64,000 bases of DNA from Anaeramoeba ignava BMAN (Eukaryota; Protista; Anaeramoebae). The stretch spans positions 186,001 to 250,000 of the forward strand of contig JAPDFW010000044.1 of the NCBI GenBank assembly GCA_028826165.1, read 5' to 3'. The number at the start of each line of letters is the position of its first letter. Position 1 is the first letter of the stretch. Shown here piece by piece: positions 1 through 9,987 of this stretch. The position numbers and the translations under genes are program-made. The notes beneath the pieces are model-generated. The model was given only the letters and a program-made list of their open reading frames with translations. It was not told the origin of the DNA and did not search any database.

Positions 1-1877
1 GTGTATTCAAATTTTTGGTTTGTTTCTTTTTCATATTTATTCAAATGAATCTTCTTTTTTGGGATTAAAGTGATTATTTTTCCAGGAAAACCAAAATTTA
101 CAATCGGATGTTGTTTTGGATAAAAAAGTGATTTTGGATCAATTGTTTCTGTTGGTTGTTGTTTATATGATTCTGTGAAATGTGTTGGAGATTCTAAAAT
201 TAAATATTAAAAATATAATTAAAATATTAAATATAAAAATTAAATATTTAAAATGAAATATAAATATTAAATATTTAAAATGAAATATAAATATTAAAAA
301 TGAAATATAAATATTAAATATTTAAAATGAAATATAAATATTAAATATTTAAAATGAAATATAAAAATTAAATATTTAAAATGAAATATAAATATTAAAA
401 ATATAATTAAAATATTAAATATAAAAATTAAATATTTAAAATGAGTTGAAATCAACTAACCTGTCATTGAATTTTGAGAATATAAGTTACTATTTCCAAC
501 ATTTTGATAACCTTGATATTGTTGATTAAATTGTGAATATCCATAAAAGGGCATTTTATCTGGGGATTCTCCAAAAATACTCACATCTTCAAAACTATTA
601 CTTTCAAAATTATTATCATTATGATGATAATTTATTGGTTGCCCATGAGTCACATTGTTTGGAGTGAAATCAATTACTTTAGGACTTAATGTAGTACTTG
701 TTGTTGGAACAGTTGAAAATATTGTAGGTGTAAATTGTTGTTCTGTTTTCAATTCATATGGATTAAATTCCCATTCAATATTATCTTCATTATTATCTTC
801 ATTATTATCTTCATTATTATCTTCATTATTATCTTCATCAGCAAAATCTGGGAATGCATTGTCTGTATTATCAAAATCTGTTGTAAAATTATTATCCATA
901 TCATGAACAGGAAATAAAAGGTTTGAGTAATCTTGAGAAATATTACCAAACTGTGAAGATAAATCATCTAAAGGTGGATTTTCTAATTGATTTTCTAATT
1001 GATTTTCACTTTCATTTTGATTTTGATTTTGATTTTGATTTTGATTTTGATTTTGATTTTTATTTTGATTTTGATTTTGATTTTGATTTTGATTTTGATT
1101 TTCATTTTGATTTTGATTTTGATTTTGATTTTGATTTTGATTTTGATTTTGATTTTGATTTTGATTTTGATTTTGATTTTGATTTTGATTTTGTAAATAT
1201 TCATTATTATCATAATAGTTGAATAAATCTTGATCATCATTCTCAAATGTATCAAAATTATTTATAACTGTTTGTTGTTCATTTTGTTTATCATCAAAGT
1301 CATTATTAAAGTCATTATTAAAGTTTTGTTGTTTATTTCCTTTATCATCAAAGTCATTGTTAAAGTCATTTCCAAATTCATTTCCAAATTCATTTTGTTT
1401 ATTATCAAAGTCATTGTTAAAGTCTTGTTGTTCATTTTGTTTATCATCAAAGTCATTGTTAAAGTCATTTCCAAATTCATTTCCAAATTCATTTTGTTTA
1501 TCATCAAAGTCATTGTTAAAGTTTTGTTGTTCATTTTGTTTATTATCAAAGTCATTTCCAAATTCATTTCCAAATTCATTTTGTTTATCATCAAAGTCGT
1601 TATCAAAGTCATTATTAAAGTCATTATTAAAGTCATTTCCTTTATCATCAAAGTTATTGTCAAATTCATTTCCAAATTCATTTTGTTTATTATCAAAATC
1701 ATTTCCAAATGGATTAAAATCATTTGAATCATTTTTAACAGAAATTTCAAATAAATTTTCCATTGTATCATCAACTTTTTGAGAATCTTCTTGTATAGGA
1801 TTTGAATCAACATTTTCTGTTAAAGGAACATCAACAATTTGTGAATCAATTTTATCTTTTGAAATAGATTTTTGCAT
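1..1877 (-). CDS. SEC16: Sec16-like COPII scaffold protein, 5' part (runs off the window). Exons 1877-461 and 193-<1
   Basis: 473-aa acidic N/D/F-rich ORF ends at donor ACAG|GTTAGT (460), with the acceptor at 194. The spliced continuation reads ...HPIVNFGFPGKIITLIP..., matching the (H)PxxxFGFGGKLV motif that opens the Sec16 conserved central domain after a long disordered N-terminus. Confidence 0.7.
194..460 (-). repeat. GT-AG intron built from a ~28-bp tandem repeat (aatatttaaaatgaaatataaatatta)
   Basis: Unit recurs at about 251, 279, 325 and 353. Confidence 0.75.
1010..1190 (-). repeat. Coding (AATCAA)n microsatellite encoding poly-NQ
   Basis: ttttga repeats on the + strand; NQNQNQ in the ORF. 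Confidence 0.95.
1260..1715 (-). repeat. Coding tandem repeat of DFD(D/N)KQNEFGNEFGN / NNDF units
   Basis: Visible in the translation and in the DNA (atcaaagtcatt, tccaaattcat units). Confidence 0.9.
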
Positions 1878-2046
1878 AATTTCTAATTTAAAAAAAAAAT
1901 AAAAAATGAAAAAAATGAAAAAAGAAAAAAATTTATTTTTTAAAAGAAAAAAATTTATTTTTTAAAAGAAAAAAATGAAAAAAAAAACGTGTTTTAAAAT
2001 TCATTTTTTCATTTTTTAATTTTTTCATTTTTTAATTTAATTTAAA

Positions 2047-5000
2047 ATGCAAGTTAATCAAAGATTTTTTTTAAAAGATGTTCAAATTTGTTCATTTCAT
2101 CCAACAAAAAATTCAGTTTTTATAGCCAAAGGAAGAACAGTTGAGGAATATGATTTAATTACAGGAGCGAAAATAATAACATTAATACACGCATCTGAGC
2201 CAATAACACACTTAGAACACTCACCAACTTATACTTATCTTATTGCAAGTTTGGCAAATGGAGTTATTCTTGTTTGGGATTCTTCAAATTACACACTCCA
2301 TTTGAAACTCTCGCCCACAAAAAGCGACGAGAGAAAACCTGTTGGTTGTATTTCATGCGCTTTTACTAGCCCCAATTTGCTTTATTCAAGAGAAAAAAAA
2401 GGAACTGTCAAAATTATCAATTTGGAAAGTGCAAATTTATATCAGTTAAAAAATAAAAATAATAAAATAGAAGTCTCAAAACAGCCTGTGATCCAAATCG
2501 CAAGTCATCCCTTCAAAAATGCAATGGCTACATTGAGCCTAGATGGGCTCGTTAGGCTGTGGGAATTCCAGCAAAAACAATTTTATTATGTGATTGATTT
2601 TTATCCCATTTTTGGAGATTTGCAAAAGAAAAAACACAATCAAAAGAAAATCAATTACAAAAGCATTTGTATCCGTTTTTCTCCTGTTGAAAGGGATGTT
2701 CTTGTTGTTGGAGGAACTAAAGGATTTGTTTCTTTTTGGGACGTAAGGAATGCAAATGAGGCCAAGTTTATCACAAGTTATTTTGTGCCTCCACGAAGTC
2801 CCATAACATCAATTACTTTCCATTCAATTCTTCCAGAGCTGTTTGTAACAAATGAAGATGGAAAAATAACGGCTCTTGTCAAAAAGAACGACAATTTGAA
2901 TTCTGTTTCGATTTCACGAAATTTTTTGGATCATTGCGGAATTCCTTTGTCGTATTTCTCAATCTTGCATGAGGTTGTTTGCCATTATTTAAATAATTTT
3001 GTTGTTATTATCCAGAAGCAGGATCAAAGACAAAATTCTGTTGGAATTGGTGTTTATGATATTGTCGATAAAAATTTTGCTTATTCGCTTTTTCCCAACG
3101 CGACAAAAATACAAAAGCCTGCTTCATTTTTTCTAGTTCCTCAGCAACCGTTTGAATTTGAGAAGGATATTTATTTCATTGCAAAGGATTCTATTTATGC
3201 CTTTTCTTTAGTGGAGCAAAAAAACCAAGGCAGATTGCATATCAAATGTGGGATTCCACGAAAATGTTTAAAAAGAATAAGAGCAGGTCAAATCACAAAA
3301 TTTGTTTACAATCACAATTTGGATTGTTTTTTAATCATCACAAATTCGCAAAAGGAAGTGAAAATCAAAAAACCAGACAGTTTCCAGGAGGATCTTTCCA
3401 AGGAAACCGCAGAAAATAATTTGGATAGTAATACAATATACTCAACCAATAAAGAAGACAGCACAACAGAAGTTGTTAATGAAAGCAGGTTTTTTTTATT
3501 CGATCAAACAGGACAAAACTACAGTGGAGCAGGAATAGATGTTATTTTCATAAAGCAAGACTCTGAGTTTCTTGTTCTCGGAATGGATGGGAAACAACTC
3601 ATCCAATGCCAATTTGTGGGGAGAACCATTGAGTTCAGAGAAAATAGTTCGATCCAACTTACTCATGTCATCTCTTCTATTTTCTCAACTCCTCTTAATA
3701 ATTACTCAGTGATTATGTTTTATCACTCAACAAACAACCAGATCATGTTCTCGCAAAATTATGCAAATCCAACATCGCTAGATCCTTATCAAATCAGCTC
3801 CAAATATCAAACAAGTTTAGCAACAAGAATGCAGCAATCAAAATCATTCATGAACCTCAACAATCCCAACAAGAAAAGCTCTCCGGAATTAAAACTCAAT
3901 TCGGGAGAGGTTGTTTATAGTGTTAATTGGCAAATCCCAGGAAGAATACAAACATCATTTTTTGCAGGAATCATCACAAACCAAAGATTGTTAATTGTGG
4001 ATGAAGAACTAAATGTTGTGAATTTTATTAAAACTCCTCCAAAAACAACAATTCCCTATTTCCGATCCTGTATTTGGGTTGGTTTCACTTTGATATACAG
4101 CACAGAAACCCATTTGGGATATCTTACTCTGGATAACACAATGGAGCCTGTTGTTATCTCTTCTTTGAATTCAACAAATACTCTCATTTCTGGGATTCTT
4201 GCAGATCGCGCCATTTATGCTTATAAACAGGGAAATAATATCAAAATTACAGAGCAATCACTTGGCTTATTTGAACCTTTAATTGCTGGTTTGGTTGCTG
4301 TCCCTGAAAAATACTGGAAATTTCAAAATTATAGAGATTTCTTCTCAATTTCAATTCAAAAATTGGCTAGAATATTTGAGGTTCATCGGACAACCTCAAG
4401 ATTTCTTGAATATTTGGATCAAAAAGGTTTTGCTGATATTTCTCTTCATGCTTCTTCAATTGTGAAACATAATTTTTCAAAGGAAAAGCAATTTAATTTT
4501 GCAATGAATAGTCAAAAATTCGAGATGGCATTTGATATAATATTTTCAGAATATAAAAAACATAATTTTGAAGAGCCACAATTTAACAAAAAATTAAAAG
4601 AAAAAAAGAAGAGAAATGAAAAGCAGCAACCAAAACAAGAAGATCAAAATCAAAATCAAAATCAAAATCAAAATAACGAAAATGAAAATCAAAATAATGA
4701 AAATGAAAAAGAAAAAGAAAAGGAAAAGGAAAAGGAAAAGGAAAAAGAAAAAGAAAAAGAAAAACCAATTTTAGTTACAAAATTACCACAAAAAGCTCAA
4801 TCTCAAATTGATTTGAATGAATATAGTGATTTTGAAGAATCTGGCGATGAACTTAATTTAGAATTAGATTATCCAAAAAATAATGATTCAACAAATTTGA
4901 ATATAAATCTAAATCCAAATCCAAACGTATTTTCAAATGAAAATTCAAATGAAAATCCTAATGAAAATACAAATGAATTGAATGAATGGAATCCTAATCA

Positions 5001-6948
5001 AAAAATAGAAAAACAAGAACAAGATAATGATGAACAATTTGTGAGACATTTTAATAAGGAAAAGCTAAAGTTAAAGTTACGAAAGTTAGGACAAGAAGCA
5101 ATGAAATATGGGAATTTTGAAATTGCTCGAAAATGTTTTGATATTTTAAATGATTATGAAACACTTTTTATTATTTTTTCATCTCTAAACGAAGAAGCAG
5201 AAGTTGCAGCCTTGCTTTTTCGAATATATCACAACACATATTTAGACAAAACGTTGAAAAATGGATATCTTTCATTATGCTCTTTATTTATCAATTTAGA
5301 AAAAAATATAAGTTGTGATGATAATGAAATGGATGTTCGAAAAAGTTTATCAAAATATCGAGTGAATTTTCAAACAGGACAACTTTTTGAAGAAAAAAAA
5401 TTAAAAGTATTTGGATTGAAATCAACTTCATTGAATCAAGGAGAAGAAGAGATGTTTAATACAAGTGTGGATAAAGTTATGATTGAAATGAGAATTGAAA
5501 AGGAATATTCTTCTCCAGATCCAAATGAAAATATTATCAAGCCTTTATTATTGAATAAATTTGAAAGTTGGATTACAATTCCTATTATGAATCTTCAAAC
5601 TGAAATTGATTATGATGAAAATGAAGATAAATATTTAAGTGCAAATATTGGAGTTATAAGAACAGAAGAAAAAAATTTAGAAGAAGAGAAGAAAAAAGAA
5701 GAAGAAGAGCAAAAGAAGAAAAAAGCTGAAGAAGAAAAGAAGAAAAAAGCAGAGGAAAAGAAGAAAAAAGAAGAAGAAAAGAAGAGAAAAGCAGAAGAAA
5801 AGAAAAACAAACCAAAAGAAGAAGAAAATAAAAATTTAGAAGAAAATAAAAATTTAGAAGAAAAGAAAAATTTAGAAGAAAAGAAAAATTTAGAAGAAAA
5901 TAAAAATTTACAAGAAAATAAAAATTTACAAGATGATAAAAATTTACAAAAAAATAAAAATTTACAAGATGATAAAAATATGGAAAAAAAGGAAACTCAT
6001 CATCGACATAATCATTCAAGTAAAAATAAATCAAATGAGAGAAAAATTAGATTAAAACCTCCTTCAAATCAATTAAAAAATCAAAATTCAAATCAAAATC
6101 AAAATCAAAATCAAAATCAAAATCATCAAAATCAAAATCAAAATCAAAATCAAAATCAAAATCAAAATCAATTAAAAAATCAATTAAAAAATCAATTAAA
6201 AAATCAAGAAAAATTTAAAACTCCAATAGAAGCTTTTAAATCAGGTGTTCAAAATTTCCGAGTTATGGATCTCGAACAATCCAAATTAGATCTTGAAACA
6301 AGTATTAATCTTATGAGAGAAAAAAAAGGTGGAGATCCAACAAAAATTCAAAAATCAATTAAATGGTGTACAACATATTTATTAGCAGTAAAAATAACAG
6401 CCAAAATGAAAGAATTTGAAACTCTTTTGCAATCATCAAATCACGAAGAAAATATTAAAAAAAAAGTAAAATCAGCAATAGCATTATATAGTATTTTAAT
6501 GTTGGGACTTTCATTAGAAAGCACTGATTTAGAAACAATTTCAAAATTTGCAATTGCAAAATCAATGAATGCAGAAAATTTTGATATTGCAGCAAGACTT
6601 ATTCTCCAAATGATGAAAACAAATCCTCCTTTTATGGATTCACTTGAAAAAAGACTTGAAATGTGCAAAAGTTACGGATTACAAAATGGTTCACCAGTTC
6701 AATATTTATGTCCTAATTGTCAAAAAGAAATTGTTATTAAACTTGCTGTTTGTCCTAATTGTAATTCTCCAATTAAGTTTTGTTATTCTTCTTTGAAATT
6801 ATTGGGTTTTAATGAAAAACAATATTTGGATTGTAGTTATTGTGGATCAATTTTTGCATCTAATTTGGCTGATATTAAAGAAGGAAGCAAGTGTCCTTTT
6901 TGCAAAATGAAAGAATTAGAATTAAAAAATTTTGAAAAGAAAAATTGA
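2047..6948 (+). CDS. TTRAY2: TSET/TPLATE complex TTRAY2 (TWD40-2)-like coat subunit: WD40 propellers, alpha-solenoid, C-terminal Cys-rich Zn-binding region
   Basis: Intronless 1633 aa with N-terminal WD40 repeats. Segments VNWQ..AGIITNQRLLIV..FRSCIWVGFTLIYST..GILADR..LGLFEPLIAG and LRKLGQEAMKYGNFEIARKCFDILNDYE match plant TWD40-2 as I recall it (VQWQ..AGILTTQRVL..FRSLLWVGPALLFST..VGLLEPLLIG; FRQLGYACIKYGQFDSAKETFEVIGDYE). CxxC pairs at the C-terminus. Confidence 0.75.
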   Translation: MQVNQRFFLKDVQICSFHPTKNSVFIAKGRTVEEYDLITGAKIITLIHASEPITHLEHSPTYTYLIASLANGVILVWDSSNYTLHLKLSPTKSDERKPVGCISCAFTSPNLLYSREKKGTVKIINLESANLYQLKNKNNKIEVSKQPVIQIASHPFKNAMATLSLDGLVRLWEFQQKQFYYVIDFYPIFGDLQKKKHNQKKINYKSICIRFSPVERDVLVVGGTKGFVSFWDVRNANEAKFITSYFVPPRSPITSITFHSILPELFVTNEDGKITALVKKNDNLNSVSISRNFLDHCGIPLSYFSILHEVVCHYLNNFVVIIQKQDQRQNSVGIGVYDIVDKNFAYSLFPNATKIQKPASFFLVPQQPFEFEKDIYFIAKDSIYAFSLVEQKNQGRLHIKCGIPRKCLKRIRAGQITKFVYNHNLDCFLIITNSQKEVKIKKPDSFQEDLSKETAENNLDSNTIYSTNKEDSTTEVVNESRFFLFDQTGQNYSGAGIDVIFIKQDSEFLVLGMDGKQLIQCQFVGRTIEFRENSSIQLTHVISSIFSTPLNNYSVIMFYHSTNNQIMFSQNYANPTSLDPYQISSKYQTSLATRMQQSKSFMNLNNPNKKSSPELKLNSGEVVYSVNWQIPGRIQTSFFAGIITNQRLLIVDEELNVVNFIKTPPKTTIPYFRSCIWVGFTLIYSTETHLGYLTLDNTMEPVVISSLNSTNTLISGILADRAIYAYKQGNNIKITEQSLGLFEPLIAGLVAVPEKYWKFQNYRDFFSISIQKLARIFEVHRTTSRFLEYLDQKGFADISLHASSIVKHNFSKEKQFNFAMNSQKFEMAFDIIFSEYKKHNFEEPQFNKKLKEKKKRNEKQQPKQEDQNQNQNQNQNNENENQNNENEKEKEKEKEKEKEKEKEKEKPILVTKLPQKAQSQIDLNEYSDFEESGDELNLELDYPKNNDSTNLNINLNPNPNVFSNENSNENPNENTNELNEWNPNQKIEKQEQDNDEQFVRHFNKEKLKLKLRKLGQEAMKYGNFEIARKCFDILNDYETLFIIFSSLNEEAEVAALLFRIYHNTYLDKTLKNGYLSLCSLFINLEKNISCDDNEMDVRKSLSKYRVNFQTGQLFEEKKLKVFGLKSTSLNQGEEEMFNTSVDKVMIEMRIEKEYSSPDPNENIIKPLLLNKFESWITIPIMNLQTEIDYDENEDKYLSANIGVIRTEEKNLEEEKKKEEEEQKKKKAEEEKKKKAEEKKKKEEEKKRKAEEKKNKPKEEENKNLEENKNLEEKKNLEEKKNLEENKNLQENKNLQDDKNLQKNKNLQDDKNMEKKETHHRHNHSSKNKSNERKIRLKPPSNQLKNQNSNQNQNQNQNQNHQNQNQNQNQNQNQNQLKNQLKNQLKNQEKFKTPIEAFKSGVQNFRVMDLEQSKLDLETSINLMREKKGGDPTKIQKSIKWCTTYLLAVKITAKMKEFETLLQSSNHEENIKKKVKSAIALYSILMLGLSLESTDLETISKFAIAKSMNAENFDIAARLILQMMKTNPPFMDSLEKRLEMCKSYGLQNGSPVQYLCPNCQKEIVIKLAVCPNCNSPIKFCYSSLKLLGFNEKQYLDCSYCGSIFASNLADIKEGSKCPFCKMKELELKNFEKKN

Positions 6949-7088
6949 ATTTGAAATTTTAATTTCCAAATTTTTTTAATATTTTTTTTTAAGAACTTTT
7001 TTTTTAATAATAAAAAAATCATTTTTTTCTATTTAGTTTTCCTTAAATTGTGTTTTTTTTATTAATAATAATTAAAATTAAAATTAAA

Positions 7089-8277
7089 ATGTTTGATTTA
7101 AATCAATATTATGATAATGATGCAAAAGATATATATATATCTGATGTGGATTCATTAGCACCAGCAGTTGTAGAAAATGGATGTGGAATGATTAAAGCAG
7201 GATATGGAGGAGATGATGATCCATTTGCAATATTTCCTTCATTGATTGGAAAAGCACCAAATTTACCACAAATGGTTGGACTTTCTAATAAAGATACTTT
7301 TGTTGGTGATGAAGCTCTTTATAAAAAAGGAATTTTAACATTGGAATATCCAATCGAATTTGGATTGGTCAAAAATTGGGATTCATTAGAAAAAATTTTG
7401 CATTTTACTTTTTATAACGGATTGAGAATTGCGCCTGAAGAAAGAGATATTTTATTAACTTGTTCACCTTTTATGCCTTTAAAGGAAAAACAGAAATATT
7501 TTGAAGTTTGTTTGAAACATTCGAAGCTAAATCGGGTTTTATTGTTCTTGATCTTTTGCTTGCTTTGTTGCAATCAGGAAGAACTACTGGAACTGTGATT
7601 TCAAGTGGAGAAGGGGTTACAAGTTGTATTTCTATTTACAATGGATATTTTTCCAAAAATTCAGTTTTTAAAAGTAATTTAGCTGGGAAAGTTTTGAATA
7701 AATCTTTAATGGAAATTTTGAATGAATTTGGTTTATATTTTTCAACTTTGGGCCATTTGGAAATTGTCAGAGATATAAAAGAAAAAATTTGTTATGTTGC
7801 TTTGGATTTTGAAGAAGAAATACAAAAATCTATTGAATCAAATAGTATTCAAAGAGGTTATCAATTACCAAATGGAGATGTTATTGAATTAAATGATGCT
7901 CGTTTTAAATGTTCTGAAGCATTATTTCAGCCTCATTTAATTGGAATGGATGATACAATTCCAATTCACAAGATGATTTATGAATCAATTATGAAATCAC
8001 CTATTCATAATAGAAAAGAATTATTTAATAATATAATTTTAGTTGGAGGAACAACATTATTAACTGGAATTATTGAAAGATTAAACAAGGAAATTTCTTC
8101 TTTGGTTAATAAAAATCAACTAATTTCAAAATAATTGGTTGTCCTGAAAGAATAAGGTCAACTTGGATAGGAGGATCTATTTTGTCAACTCTTTCTCAGT
8201 TTAAAAATAAATGGATTGTTAAGGAAAAGTATCGGGAAGTTGGACCAAATATTTTACATGATAAATTTTTTATTTAA
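7089..8277 (+). CDS. Divergent actin / actin-related protein with two apparent single-base frameshifts (~7508, ~8125)
   Basis: Motifs [47 protein letters not shown] and GGTT. The terminal frame reads [25 protein letters not shown]...HDKFFI* (TAA 8275-8277). Confidence 0.85.
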
Positions 8278-8304
8278 GTTTAATAAAATTCAAAATACAA
8301 GAAA

Positions 8305-8965
8305 AATATTTTTGATTTTAATTTTAATTTTAATTTTAATTTTAATTTAATTTTGATTTATTTTGATTTGATTTTGATTTTAATTTTGATTTTAATTTAA
8401 TTTAATTTTAATTTAATTTTGATTTTAATTTTGATTTTAATTTAATTTTAATTTTAATTTTGATTTGATTTTATTTTGATTTAATTTAATTTAATTTTGA
8501 TTTGATTTTGATTTTAATTTAATTTTGATTTTGATTTTAATTTTTAATTTTGATTTAATTTAATTTTAATTTTAATTTTAATTTTAATTTTATTTTGATT
8601 TAATTTAATTTAATTTTGATTTTAATTTTAATTTTAATTTAATTTTGATTTGATTTTGATTTTAATTTTGATTTTAATTTAATTTAATTTTAATTTAATT
8701 TTGATTTTAATTTTGATTTTAATTTAATTTTAATTTTAATTTTGATTTGATTTTATTTTGATTTAATTTAATTTAATTTTGATTTGATTTTGATTTTAAT
8801 TTAATTTTGATTTTGATTTTAATTTTTAATTTTGATTTTATTTTGATTTAATTTAATTTAATTTTGATTTGATTTTGATTTTAATTTTAAATTTAATTTG
8901 ATTTAAATTTAATTTTAATTTTAATTTTGATTTAAATTTAATTTAATTTTAATTTAATTTTAATT
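8305..8965. repeat. Degenerate (TTTTAA/TTTTGA)n microsatellite between convergent genes
   Basis: Direct reading; includes an internal higher-order duplication of about 300 bp. Confidence 0.85.
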
Positions 8966-9060
8966 TGAATGGAAATAAATGGAAATAAATGGAAATGGAG
9001 GTGGTTTTATTTGAAGAAAGAGAAAAAAATTAATTGAAAATGATTTCATTTGATTTGGTT

Positions 9061-9621
9061 TTAATTCATTTTCACAACCATATTCTTTTCACCTTTTCCT
9101 AATTTAACTTGGTATTTAACTTTAAAAGGAGTTTTATCACCTCTACTAATAACATTAACATGTTCAATATAAAAAGAAAGAGGTTTCCAATCTTTTTTAT
9201 AACTACCAATAGCACGTTGAACAGCATTTTGATTTCTCCATTGACCCAAAGTAAGATGAGCAGTAAAACCATTTTCTGACTTTGTATTCAATTCATTGAA
9301 TTCAGGAAAAGCTTCAACCATTTTTTTCTGAAGCTCAATAATGTTATTGTTCTCAGTTTCTGGTTCAAGCCACATTGTGCAACTGTTTCCATGTTGAAAA
9401 TATCCAAATTTATTAAATTCTATTTTAAACGGTTCAATCTCACTTATTGCTTTTTGTAATTTTTCATTGTATTTTGTAAATTCTTCTTCTGGAACCCATG
9501 GAAAAAATAAATTAATATGTGGCATCCATCTTATAAAGTTTTTATCATGTTTTTTTCTTATTTTTTGTATACTTTCATCTTCACAAATTATACAAACTGC
9601 ACTTTTAAATGATTTTTGCAT
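9061..9621 (-). CDS. 2H phosphoesterase (LigT / LENG9-like)
   Basis: Two Hx(T/S/N) motifs, RWMPHINL and FTAHLTLGQ, in a 186-aa protein. Confidence 0.85.
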   Translation of the reverse strand: MQKSFKSAVCIICEDESIQKIRKKHDKNFIRWMPHINLFFPWVPEEEFTKYNEKLQKAISEIEPFKIEFNKFGYFQHGNSCTMWLEPETENNNIIELQKKMVEAFPEFNELNTKSENGFTAHLTLGQWRNQNAVQRAIGSYKKDWKPLSFYIEHVNVISRGDKTPFKVKYQVKLGKGEKNMVVKMN

Positions 9622-9987
9622 TTTCTTTCTTTCTTTTCTTTCTTTTTTTTGAATTAAAATTGAATTGAGAAAAATGAAGTTTTTTTTATTTTTTTTTTAT
9701 TTTTTTATTTTTACGTATTTTTTAATAATTATGACGTATTTTATTTAAAAAAATAAATAAAAAAATAAATAAAAAAAATAATTAATTTGTTTTGAAAGGA
9801 TTTTGTTTGTGTTTTTTATTATTCTCTTTTTGTTTTAATTTTGAAATTTGAATTATTGATTAAAAAAAAAAATTTTGAAATTAAAAAAAAAGTGGATTTC
9901 GAAAAAGAAGAAAAAAAAATTTTGTTTTTGTTTTTGTTTTTGTTTTTGTTTTTGTTTTGTTTTTGTTTTGTTTTGTTTTTTGGGAAT

